The notes under the pieces are model-generated. The model saw only the letters and a program-made list of their open reading frames with translations, had not been told where the DNA came from and made no database searches. The translations under genes and the position numbers were made by a program. Positions 1 to 8,424 of a stretch of DNA of 64,000 bases are shown here, in pieces. The DNA comes from Candidatus Daviesbacteria bacterium (GTDB taxonomy: Bacteria; Patescibacteriota; Microgenomatia; Daviesbacterales; UBA10151), in the NCBI GenBank assembly GCA_030699125.1, contig JAUYKM010000009.1, forward strand, positions 291,365-355,364, read 5' to 3'. Numbering within the stretch: position 1 is the stretch's first letter; each line of letters starts with the position of its first letter.

Positions 1-507
1 CTTCTACTCAACAAAGGAATTAATAGAAATAATTGGTTTGTTTTGCTTGCTCCCTCCGGATTATTGATTTATTCTTTTTATTTATATCTGAATGTTGGCG
101 ATCCATTTTATTTTGTGACAGTGGAACAACATTGGCAAAGAAGTATAACAATTCCTGCCAGGGCATTTTTTATCACCTTAAATAATATGTTGTATCCTGG
201 ATATCTGCTAAGCCGCTATGGCCAATTTTGGGATTTGCTATTTACAGCACTGGGATTGGGTTTAATTATAATGAATTTTAAAAAACTTCCTAAAGACTTT
301 GCCATATTCAGCTTAATATCGATTGGTTTGCCTCTTGCCTCGCCAACCATTGAGGCTATTCCACGCTATCTTCTGCCTATATTCCCAATTTTTATTTTAA
401 TCGCATTAATAAAAAATCCCTATCTTTCATTTGCCTACCAAATATTTGGCGTAACGCTATTAGCATTTTATGCAACTTTGTTTATTAATGGATATTGGGT
501 AAGTTAG
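1..507 (+). CDS. integral membrane protein, 5'-partial (C-terminal portion; possibly GT39/PMT-like glycosyltransferase tail)
   Basis: The frame of ORF 43..507 stays open back to position 1, so the CDS begins outside the window. The product is strongly hydrophobic and multi-TM. Confidence 0.5.
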   Translation, partial: LLLNKGINRNNWFVLLAPSGLLIYSFYLYLNVGDPFYFVTVEQHWQRSITIPARAFFITLNNMLYPGYLLSRYGQFWDLLFTALGLGLIIMNFKKLPKDFAIFSLISIGLPLASPTIEAIPRYLLPIFPIFILIALIKNPYLSFAYQIFGVTLLAFYATLFINGYWVS

Positions 508-1247
508 GGGCTAAAAATAACTCTTCTGGAAACCTCTGTGGTATTACTGGCTCTATCTTGCGCTTTAATATTAAAATTATTTTCACCGTCGTTAAGTTGG
601 ACAATGGTTTTAAATTTTCCTTCATGATCAACGATTGATTGACTGTCATTAATAAATATCAAAGCACCCTCTTCGGTTAAACCACTAATTGTGAGTTGCC
701 TTTTTCCTTGAATTTGTTGGCCATCTGCAGGTTCAAATATTTCTAAGGGAGGTTTCTCATTATCATATATTACTTTTTGTGTTTTCGAAGGAAGGCTTTT
801 TTTGCCGTCTTCATCTACTGTTTGTCCATAGAAATTATTAGTACCCAAGCTTAGAGGAATATTTTCAAACCTGAATGTGCTATCAGCAAAGGCTCTGGCA
901 GTTTCTATTAACTTACCATCAAGGTAAAGTTCTACTTCAGAGTTGGAGACAGCGAAACCATTTATGCTAATTGTGGAAGTATTGGTGGCCTCGTAAGGGA
1001 TTATTAACTCAGGTGGGGCAAGGGTTGCAGATTCAATTTGATCCTCCTTTAAAGCAGAAGGGGGGTTAAAAAAATTGGTAATTAAACCTAAACCGCCAAT
1101 AAAGTTGGGGAGAATCCAATTAATTGAGGCATAAGCAAAAATAGCCACAAAAATCAGAGTGATAATAAGGTTGACCTGACTCTTTTTAGCCTGTCTTCTG
1201 ATAATGCGTCTTCTATACATAATGAGATATACCTTTAGTATAAACAA
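504..1247 (-). CDS. membrane-anchored extracellular protein (hypothetical)
   Basis: 247-aa ORF with an N-terminal TM segment (LIITLIFVAIFAYASINWIL) followed by a soluble beta-rich region. No recognisable catalytic motif. Confidence 0.45.
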   Translation of the reverse strand: MFILKVYLIMYRRRIIRRQAKKSQVNLIITLIFVAIFAYASINWILPNFIGGLGLITNFFNPPSALKEDQIESATLAPPELIIPYEATNTSTISINGFAVSNSEVELYLDGKLIETARAFADSTFRFENIPLSLGTNNFYGQTVDEDGKKSLPSKTQKVIYDNEKPPLEIFEPADGQQIQGKRQLTISGLTEEGALIFINDSQSIVDHEGKFKTIVQLNDGENNFNIKAQDRASNTTEVSRRVIFSP

Positions 1248-1289
1248 TTTATCGTAAGTTTGCTAAAATATTACCTGTTGAGACACTAT

Positions 1290-1360
1290 GCGGGATTAGT
1301 ATAGTGGTAATACGCTACCTTCCCAAGGTAGAGCCGCCGGTCCGATTCCGGTATCCCGCT
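1290..1360 (+). tRNA. tRNA-Gly (anticodon CCC)
   Basis: Cloverleaf read directly from sequence: acceptor GCGGGAT/ATCCCGC, D-arm GTAT-AGTGGTAA-TAC, anticodon stem CTACC/GGTAG with loop TTCCCAA, T-arm with TCCGATT loop. CCA is not encoded. Confidence 0.8.
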
Positions 1361-2855
1361 CTGAATGGGATTTCGCAGGGTTGAAAATTTTCTGACTCTG
1401 CGCGGGTGGGGGCGCGCAGAGTGCTGCAAAGCCCTGATTGTAGCTGACTTCAAGGTGCCGATTAGTCAAAAAGTAGTTCGAGCCGACAGTTTTTGACAAG
1501 AATGCTAATTCTTGGCTTGTATTTTTTGCGCGCGCGATTTTTGCGCACGAAAGTGCGCTACCAATGAAGTTTTTGAACGGTTCGAGCCGACTCGAACCTT
1601 CTGTTTGAATTTTGGTAATTTCCTCATTTTTTCTTAACTTTTCTTCAAAAAGTTCGTTCTTTTTATTCTTGTAAGTTTGAGCATCAACAACACCATCTAA
1701 GTAACTATCAAGTAATATATTTAATTTTTGATCCAGCAGTTGTATTTCTTCTACTAACCTCTTTAGGTTTTGATCTTTATTTTGTTTTTCTAAAAGCTCA
1801 TCCCTTTCCAGCCATTTATACCAATCATCCGCCCACTTTTCAGGCAGAGCTGCATCTGAGACAATCTTTGTTATTTGCGACTCTAATTCAACTTCTGTGA
1901 TCGGTTTTTGAGAGCAAGAGCCAAGTTTTTTAGTACAACTGTAGTAAGTATATTCAACTTTCACTCCCAAGGATTTAACTAATTTAAATTTCTTTTCTCC
2001 AGTCACACTTGCACCGCATTCTCCACACCTTACCAGCCCTAAATACGAGAGATTATGCTTATTATATTTAGGCCTAGATATTATCTTGAACTGTTTTTGT
2101 ACTCGATCAAACAGCTGCTTAGAAATGAACAACTTATGTGTTCCATCATAATATTCTCCTCCATAATAGATAATTCCAATGTAGAATTTATTACTTAAAG
2201 CATTTTTAAGCCTGTCTATTTTTAAAGGATTTCCAAATTTATCGCTAAATCCATTTTTATGAAGAAACAAACAGATATCAGTAAATGTTTTATCACCATC
2301 TGCAAAATACTCAAAAGCTTTTCTTAAAATCCTGGATTTTTCAGGATCAATCTCTATAGTTCCCAATTTTTCATTATTTATATATCCCCAAGGAGCTTTG
2401 GCGGGCAAGACACCATTCCTTAGCTTTTGTCTTAAACCTCTTTTAACATTCTCACTTAAGTTGTCTATGTAATATTTAGACTGACCAAAGGAAATATTTA
2501 ACATAAACTTTCCTTGAGGGGTATTTTCAAACCAAGAGGTAGGAAATTTTAAATCTAACAACTGACCAGTATCTAAAAGATAAATTATTTTTCCTCCATC
2601 AATTGAATTTCTAGCTAATCTATCCGGGTGCCAAGAGATAATACCTTGTGCTTGCCCTTTTTCAACTAACTGTAAAAGTCTTTCAAACTGTTTTCTACCC
2701 GGAGTTTTGGCAGTCTTTGCTTCTTCAATAAATTCAACTATCTCCAAGCCCTCACGTTGGGCAAATTCGGTTAGTTCATCAACTTGTGCCTCTATGGAGA
2801 GAATTTGTTTATCAGCCTCATCTGTTGATTTTCTGCAGTATGCTATATATTTCAT
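1296..2855 (-). CDS. large serine recombinase (resolvase catalytic domain + recombinase domain + zinc ribbon + coiled coil)
   Basis: N-terminus MKYIAYCRKSTDEADKQILSIEAQ carries the resolvase-type catalytic Ser motif. A CGECG..C..C zinc-ribbon and a long C-terminal coiled coil are present. The last ~65 codons of the ORF run through IR-A and antisense to tRNA-Gly, so the true stop is uncertain. Confidence 0.8.
   Translation of the reverse strand: MKYIAYCRKSTDEADKQILSIEAQVDELTEFAQREGLEIVEFIEEAKTAKTPGRKQFERLLQLVEKGQAQGIISWHPDRLARNSIDGGKIIYLLDTGQLLDLKFPTSWFENTPQGKFMLNISFGQSKYYIDNLSENVKRGLRQKLRNGVLPAKAPWGYINNEKLGTIEIDPEKSRILRKAFEYFADGDKTFTDICLFLHKNGFSDKFGNPLKIDRLKNALSNKFYIGIIYYGGEYYDGTHKLFISKQLFDRVQKQFKIISRPKYNKHNLSYLGLVRCGECGASVTGEKKFKLVKSLGVKVEYTYYSCTKKLGSCSQKPITEVELESQITKIVSDAALPEKWADDWYKWLERDELLEKQNKDQNLKRLVEEIQLLDQKLNILLDSYLDGVVDAQTYKNKKNELFEEKLRKNEEITKIQTEGSSRLEPFKNFIGSALSCAKIARAKNTSQELAFLSKTVGSNYFLTNRHLEVSYNQGFAALCAPPPAQSQKIFNPAKSHSERDTGIGPAALPWEGSVLPLY
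1358..1460. repeat. Inverted repeat A, left arm (103 bp; perfect inverted copy of 2960-3062)
   Basis: The reverse complement of 1358-1460 equals 2960-3062 with no mismatch. The arm abuts and overlaps the last 3 nt of tRNA-Gly and contains a 9-bp internal hairpin, CTCTGCGCG..CGCGCAGAG. Confidence 0.9.
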
Positions 2856-2959
2856 GGCAGCGTTACTATTTTTCTTTCCCTCCTAAAAGGAAAAGTTCTT
2901 TCTTTCTAAAACATAAATTTTTGCGTGCGCTTAATCGTTTTTTGTTTTCTTTTTTACTA

Positions 2960-3062
2960 CGGCACCTTGAAGTCAGCTACAATCAGGGCTTTGCAGCACT
3001 CTGCGCGCCCCCACCCGCGCAGAGTCAGAAAATTTTCAACCCTGCGAAATCCCATTCAGAGC
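2960..3062. repeat. Inverted repeat A, right arm (A')
   Basis: Perfect reverse-complement copy of 1358-1460. It is directly contiguous with IR-B, overlapping it by 5 nt. Confidence 0.9.
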
Positions 3063-3163
3063 TCGTTTACGAAAGCGCTCGAACTCAATTCCAATCGACG
3101 CATTAGTTGTCGGCGCCCAGCTCACGTTCGGTCCCAACCTTTTTATTTAATCCCTACCTTTTC
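3058..3163. repeat. Inverted repeat B, left arm (106 bp)
   Basis: The reverse complement of 10899-11004 matches 3058-3163 with 3 mismatches. Confidence 0.85.
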
Positions 3164-3256
3164 CGAAGCTCTGAAACTGGAGGCTCGAACATCCCGCACC
3201 AACTGGTGCGTGATACAAAAAACGCAAAAATTTTAAAGAACTTTTCGCACCCTAAA

Positions 3257-4705
3257 TTATGTACTTATCCAAAATGTATTTATTACACTATCTCCGATAA
3301 ACTCAGCAAGCTGTCCTGTAGGTTTTTGTTCCCCGATACACTTACCAACTCTTACTGTCCAATTAGGACCAGTAGGATCTAATATTTCAGACAATGGATC
3401 AATGACTTCTTTTATATCCTCATTTTTCCTGTCCCAAGTGTCACAGGTGGAAAGCCTATCACTTTTTTTACCATGTCTTTTACTGGAAGCAGCTTCTTTA
3501 ATTTTTGTTTTTGCAGTCTCCCAATCTAAACTTAATTTTTTCAGTACCTCATCTGTTATAAAAAGATTTTCTGACTCTCTACAAGATAGTTTTAAATACT
3601 TTATGTGTTTTTGAGGATTTTGAGATGTATTCTGTGGATGAGTAGCATCGCCATCTATTAAAGCGTATCCAGCGGCGTTCGTAGATGTGCTCCTCATACT
3701 CTCAAAAAGTTTTTCAAGAGTTTTTTGGTATTCATGTATTTCCTGACCATCACAGGGAATAGCTGCTAATTTAACTTTGTGATGTCTAGGGACTTGGCTC
3801 CATATTTTATAGTCATCGTCTCCTTCAACTAACATTAAAGGTGCTCCAAAAAGGGGACCCATTAACGCATGCCCACCTAAACAGGTAGCTAATTCTTGGA
3901 GGGCACTTTCAAACTTAATAGCTTTTTGTTCTTGGACAGAATTATTTAAGTATATTGCGCTCGTATTTTCTCCACCATGGTGTCCTAGAGCAGCTAAAAG
4001 GGTAGTGCTATGAGTAGCAATAATTATTTGTGCGTTATACTTTTCCATTAGCTCAACTAAAAATCCTGCTAAATGTTGTTGAAGATCTGGGTGGAGATGG
4101 GTATCCGGTTCATCAATAAGAAGTAATCTTGTGCTTTGATTCTCAAGTTGCCAAATAGAACATATAGTTAGTAAATCTAAACCTAATGCTAACATTTCAG
4201 TTTCTCCACTACTAAGCTGATCCTTGCTTGAAATTACTTCATCTGTTGATACTCTTTTTAATTCAAAAAAGGGATTTTCTGGTTTTAATTTGAAACTAAA
4301 ATCTGGAAAGAGCTTAATCATTAACTCCGCAATGTCTTTAACTGGTGAATCTACCTTACCTTCCTCAAAATAATAACCCCTTTTGGTAAGATAGGTGTTA
4401 ATTCTTGAGATAACCCTTTCTCTAAACTGAAGTGATAAATTACTTTGTCTATTGGAAGCTCTTGTGGAGGCTGCGACTTCTTGGAGAGCAAAATCAGAGT
4501 TAAATTGTAGTTCACCCGCTCTTTCTGGAGATGTTAAATGACGAGCGTTATGGTCAGCATTGAGTAAAGCTCTTAATAATGCACTTTTGCCTGAACCATT
4601 TCTACCGAAGAGGACAGTTATATCAGTTAGATTTTTCAGAATCCACTTATCCCCACCTAAATGGGGTGGTCTTTGTGCTTCTAATTGGTCAAAATATAAA
4701 GACAT
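3257..4705 (-). CDS. OLD-family ATP-dependent nuclease (ABC-type ATPase N-domain + C-terminal Toprim)
   Basis: Walker A GRNGSGKS, ABC signature LSSGETEML, Walker B LLLIDEPDTHLHP, H-loop IIATHS. C-terminal Toprim motif 1 LMLVEGDDD and motif 2 ALIDGDATH. Only 482 aa, compact relative to P2 Old or GajA. Confidence 0.7.
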   Translation of the reverse strand: MSLYFDQLEAQRPPHLGGDKWILKNLTDITVLFGRNGSGKSALLRALLNADHNARHLTSPERAGELQFNSDFALQEVAASTRASNRQSNLSLQFRERVISRINTYLTKRGYYFEEGKVDSPVKDIAELMIKLFPDFSFKLKPENPFFELKRVSTDEVISSKDQLSSGETEMLALGLDLLTICSIWQLENQSTRLLLIDEPDTHLHPDLQQHLAGFLVELMEKYNAQIIIATHSTTLLAALGHHGGENTSAIYLNNSVQEQKAIKFESALQELATCLGGHALMGPLFGAPLMLVEGDDDYKIWSQVPRHHKVKLAAIPCDGQEIHEYQKTLEKLFESMRSTSTNAAGYALIDGDATHPQNTSQNPQKHIKYLKLSCRESENLFITDEVLKKLSLDWETAKTKIKEAASSKRHGKKSDRLSTCDTWDRKNEDIKEVIDPLSEILDPTGPNWTVRVGKCIGEQKPTGQLAEFIGDSVINTFWIST

Positions 4706-4707
4706 AC

Positions 4708-5211
4708 TTATTTTTTTCTAGTTTCTTCTAAAATATTTCTTACAATAGCTGAAGTATTAGAATTTTGTTTAATCGCTTCTTCCTTAAGCCATTTTGCTTG
4801 GCTTTTTGTAACTACAAGATTTAAACGTGTCAAAGAGTCAGATATGAATTGGGGATTTCCTAACTCTATTCCGTGCGCACTAGTGGCTTTTAATCCGTTT
4901 TCTCTGGGTACTGTATTTCCGGATTCTTGAAATCTTTTCTGGATAATATCTAGGGCAAATCTGCTAGCCCCTTCATCGCTAAATTTGTATTTATTATCTT
5001 CAAGATACTCTTGTGACACCCAAACCTCATATTCTTTTATGAGCCCAGCCGCTGTTTTTGGTAGAGTAGAATAAATCTTTAAAATTACCCTGTACCCGTC
5101 AACTCCTGGTCCAATTTTTCCCACGTAGTCAATCTTTACTTCAACACCTTCTGTTAAAATTATTGTTTGGTTATCAGCTGTCATAAAAATAAGTATAACA
5201 TACTTGCGCAA
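4708..5211 (-). CDS. hypothetical protein with C-terminal ribbon-helix-helix (CopG/Arc-like) DNA-binding motif
   Basis: C-terminus VVTKSQAKWLKEEAIKQNSNTSAIVRNILEE fits the RHH beta-strand/helix/helix pattern. The stop lies 3 nt upstream of the OLD gene start, suggesting translational coupling. Confidence 0.45.
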   Translation of the reverse strand: MRKYVILIFMTADNQTIILTEGVEVKIDYVGKIGPGVDGYRVILKIYSTLPKTAAGLIKEYEVWVSQEYLEDNKYKFSDEGASRFALDIIQKRFQESGNTVPRENGLKATSAHGIELGNPQFISDSLTRLNLVVTKSQAKWLKEEAIKQNSNTSAIVRNILEETRKK

Positions 5212-5325
5212 CTACGCAATAACTTAAATTCCAAAGAATATACTAAGTAAGTATGTTCTAACTTGACGAGTGAGTATTCACTTTTCTATCATTTGTTAAC
5301 TTAAGTTAGAAGTTTAAAACAAGAA

Positions 5326-5886
5326 TCATGAGGCCATTAATCTGTCCCACTCCCTTTGCATATCTAAAATAACTCTTTCCTCTTGAGTAATTGTATTTCC
5401 TGTTTCTAATTTATTAGCTATTTGTGAAACTCGATCTATAACGGTTACAAATAAAGATTGCATAGCATGTCTGAAATCATTCTCATGATCTAAGGCCCTA
5501 TTATGTGCTACTTCATGGACAAATGCACTTATTGCTTCAGTAAATTGGGTATTAAATAATGACTCGTGCATTCCGATAGCTTTTTGGCCTAGATTAATAC
5601 CTTTACTCCCAGTACCATTGTATAAAAATAAGTCATTTGGTAAAGCAACACCCGTAGCAAATTGGGTATAAAGCCTTAGTAATCCTAATTGAGCTAGTTG
5701 ACGCTCATTCGGACTCAAAACAATTTCAAAATCGTCAACTTCATCCTCTGCAGGGTTCATTCGCTCGACGATATTTTTTAATTTACCTCTCAAAGCACCT
5801 AATATCTGATCTTCTGGAGATTGTTCTCTTGTGACATCAACGCTAGCAATTTCTGCTTGGTTTTGTTCGTTTATCAATTCAAGCAA
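5326..5886 (-). CDS. HExxH zinc-metallopeptidase-like protein (ImmA/IrrE- or SprT-like size class)
   Basis: Motif FVHEVAHNRALDHEND gives HExxH plus a downstream acidic ligand candidate. 186 aa, co-directional with and upstream of the RHH and OLD genes. Confidence 0.4.
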   Translation of the reverse strand: MLELINEQNQAEIASVDVTREQSPEDQILGALRGKLKNIVERMNPAEDEVDDFEIVLSPNERQLAQLGLLRLYTQFATGVALPNDLFLYNGTGSKGINLGQKAIGMHESLFNTQFTEAISAFVHEVAHNRALDHENDFRHAMQSLFVTVIDRVSQIANKLETGNTITQEERVILDMQREWDRLMAS

Positions 5887-5964
5887 ATGTTTTCCTGTAA
5901 GATATCCAGCACTTTCTCCTAACTGACCATAAAATTGGTCAGATTGTCGCCATTGAATATATTT

Positions 5965-8397
5965 CTAAATTGCGCTTTGCCCAGTAGGAGCTTCATGTTT
6001 AATTTCAGGAACTAATTCTTCTAATTTATTTACTGCTTCAACAATGCCTGGTAATTGAGCTTCCATTTGTGCTACTCGTGCTTTTTCAGCATCCGACATA
6101 GATGCTTCTTTTTGGACAATACTACCTTTCCCTTCAATCTCTGGTGCTTCAGGTTGTGATACTGGTACACGACCAAATTCCTGTTTTAGTTGCTCCCTTT
6201 GTTGAATAATAAGTCTTTCTTGATCTGATAGTTCAGTGGGATTTTTTCTCATTGCTGCTTGATAAAGCTGTTCTTGTTCAGAAGTCCATGCTTTTACTTC
6301 AATAGCTCTGATAATATCTACTTCAACTACTCCTTTGCTTCCATTTTCAGTTGGTAGCGTAATAACCTCACCAATTGGTGCTGTACCTTCTCGAAATCCT
6401 CCTAGTGGAAGTGGCTGACCTGGCTCTATTTGACTTCTAGCCCTGCGAAATGCTTCTTGAAAAGATTGAAAGTATGAGTCGTCTAATTCTACTTCTACAA
6501 ATAACCCTTCTTCGCTCTCGTTTTTAACATTACGTGCGAGTAGAACATTCTCTTGAGTTACAGAATCATAATCTAATCCAAATGTAGTAACAAACTCACC
6601 TTGAGATGTAAAAATTTTCTTAAAAAGTCTATTTTCTAATCCATATGCTGCAATACCGCGTAATAAATATAAAAGTTTTTGATCATCTTCTTTAGGTTTA
6701 ATTAGAGCATGAAAAAGAAGATCTCTTGGAACTTCTCCTCTTAGTCTTAATCTGATTGTGTTAGGATTGCCTTCTCTCTGTTCAACTGCAATAACTTGAG
6801 AAGATAACCGATCACTTATAAGACGAATGAATCCTGCTGGATCTTTGACATCAGGAAAATCTTCATGAGCAACTTCCATTCCATATTCTTGAGCAAACTG
6901 TTCTTTTCTATATTGAGGAATTGTAGGTGCTTCGTTACTAGCTGCTTCAACTGTACTGAGCTTACTACTCGCCTTGGGCATTCCTATAGATTCCATATAG
7001 GAAGGGCAAACAACATAGCCTTGTTTTTCTAATTCTTTGACTTGATTATCACTTACACCACGATCCCAAGCTATGTAATTCTTTCCCTCAAAAAGTTGTT
7101 GATACCCTCTTTTGTCATATCCCTTATAGGGTAATTGCTTTGCTAATTTTTCAATTACTACAAACGCTCCTTGCCTGTCGAAGCTATATCCAGAATCAAC
7201 ATGTCCTGCCCACAAGAATTCAGAACGTCTAATTTGTTCAACAAGATCATCTTTTGACATTGCTCCTACCATTTCATCAAGATAGCGGCCAAGATCAAAA
7301 GGACTTACAGGTGGTCTATCTATACTCATTCTATATTTCAGATTATTTAGTTGAATTGTTACTTGCTCTGGTCCCACCCAATAATCTTCAGCAGTATCAC
7401 CCTTATCTTTAAAATTCATAACTTGGCCATTAATAAATAAGCGACCTTTAGTGGGTTCTAAACCTTCAGATTTTGGAAGCCATTTTATTGCCCCAAACCT
7501 ATTTTGGTAATCCATATTTTGTAAATAAGGATTTTCAGCAGATACTCCTAAAGTTGGAACTTGTTGAAGTGCTCTTATCACTTCTGCATTATCAGTTTCT
7601 ATGATATAGGTATTGCGACCGGTTCGTTGTGCTTCTTGCATATCAGCAAGCAACCAATCATGTTTTACTATATGAGCAGGGTTTTGACCATGCAAACTCT
7701 CCCATTCTCTATTAACATCAGCCGCTTTTGCTAATCTATAATCTACTGTCCATCCTTCCCCCTGGATCTGGAACTTCTGTACTCCAAAGTCTCGCATAAA
7801 ACGAATAGCAGTCTGTTTAAGCCCAATTCCGTTTCCCCCTGCAGTATTCATGTTCGCTGGTTTTTCAGAATGAGGACTTAAAACTCCTGTGGGATCTTCG
7901 AAAGGCCAGTTTCCTTCTATACGAAAACGTTTACCGCCACCTGGTAGATCTTCAGCTATAAATCTTACTCCGTTCAAAGTACCTGGTGCTTGAGGATTAT
8001 GATCTACAAAATTTTGTACAAGTTCCCTAGTTAGCCATGCAGAATTGTACTCATCTCTTGACTTATCTAAGAAGCTGTCAGTTGCTATTGGCTGCGTATC
8101 AACGCCGCGTTCTCTAAAGAAATATTGTAATAACTTTTGATCAGTTATAACTCCCTCTATCTTTGCTCCATTACCATTTTCTGCAGTTAGAGCAGGAGGA
8201 GATTCAGGTTCGGCCGGTGGCTGTGTTAGTTGAGGTGTTTGCTCGGTTGGTTCACCTGCAACATTAGGATTTGCAGTCGGTTCGCCTCTCTTACCAAAAA
8301 ATCTATCCCTTAATCCTGCAAATCTTGACTTTCCCCCTGCTGGTTCTGGATTTTCCGTAGTCATAGGTTCTGACATATTATATATCCATATTAGCAT
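5965..8397 (-). CDS. large hypothetical protein with N-terminal GHKL (Bergerat-fold) ATPase-like motifs
   Basis: N-box-like RELVQNFVDH (ExxxNxxD), G1-like EDLPGGGKRF and G2-like AGGNGIGLKQ, in the order expected for histidine-kinase/MORC/Hsp90-type ATPases. Pro/Ala-rich N-terminal linker. 810 aa with atypical (GC-rich) composition. Confidence 0.4.
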   Translation of the reverse strand: MLIWIYNMSEPMTTENPEPAGGKSRFAGLRDRFFGKRGEPTANPNVAGEPTEQTPQLTQPPAEPESPPALTAENGNGAKIEGVITDQKLLQYFFRERGVDTQPIATDSFLDKSRDEYNSAWLTRELVQNFVDHNPQAPGTLNGVRFIAEDLPGGGKRFRIEGNWPFEDPTGVLSPHSEKPANMNTAGGNGIGLKQTAIRFMRDFGVQKFQIQGEGWTVDYRLAKAADVNREWESLHGQNPAHIVKHDWLLADMQEAQRTGRNTYIIETDNAEVIRALQQVPTLGVSAENPYLQNMDYQNRFGAIKWLPKSEGLEPTKGRLFINGQVMNFKDKGDTAEDYWVGPEQVTIQLNNLKYRMSIDRPPVSPFDLGRYLDEMVGAMSKDDLVEQIRRSEFLWAGHVDSGYSFDRQGAFVVIEKLAKQLPYKGYDKRGYQQLFEGKNYIAWDRGVSDNQVKELEKQGYVVCPSYMESIGMPKASSKLSTVEAASNEAPTIPQYRKEQFAQEYGMEVAHEDFPDVKDPAGFIRLISDRLSSQVIAVEQREGNPNTIRLRLRGEVPRDLLFHALIKPKEDDQKLLYLLRGIAAYGLENRLFKKIFTSQGEFVTTFGLDYDSVTQENVLLARNVKNESEEGLFVEVELDDSYFQSFQEAFRRARSQIEPGQPLPLGGFREGTAPIGEVITLPTENGSKGVVEVDIIRAIEVKAWTSEQEQLYQAAMRKNPTELSDQERLIIQQREQLKQEFGRVPVSQPEAPEIEGKGSIVQKEASMSDAEKARVAQMEAQLPGIVEAVNKLEELVPEIKHEAPTGQSAI

Positions 8398-8424
8398 AAT
8401 TTTGAGAGCGGCTATGCTATAATA

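Noticed and set aside
1470-1610. Possible tRNA fragment (GGTTCGAGCC T-loop-like sequence at about 1578-1600) as an attR-type tRNA 3' duplicate
   Set aside because: The sequence is a perfect 8-bp palindrome (GGTTCGAG-CCGA-CTCGAACC) and shows no similarity to the tRNA-Gly 3' end. It is not a tRNA.
2786-3382. Plus-strand ORFs 2786..3106, 2925..3236 and 3107..3382
   Set aside because: They are encoded entirely by the inverted-repeat arms A' and B, mirroring the frame that runs through IR-A on the other strand, plus an intergenic stretch. Their composition is Arg/Pro/Ser-rich and non-protein-like.
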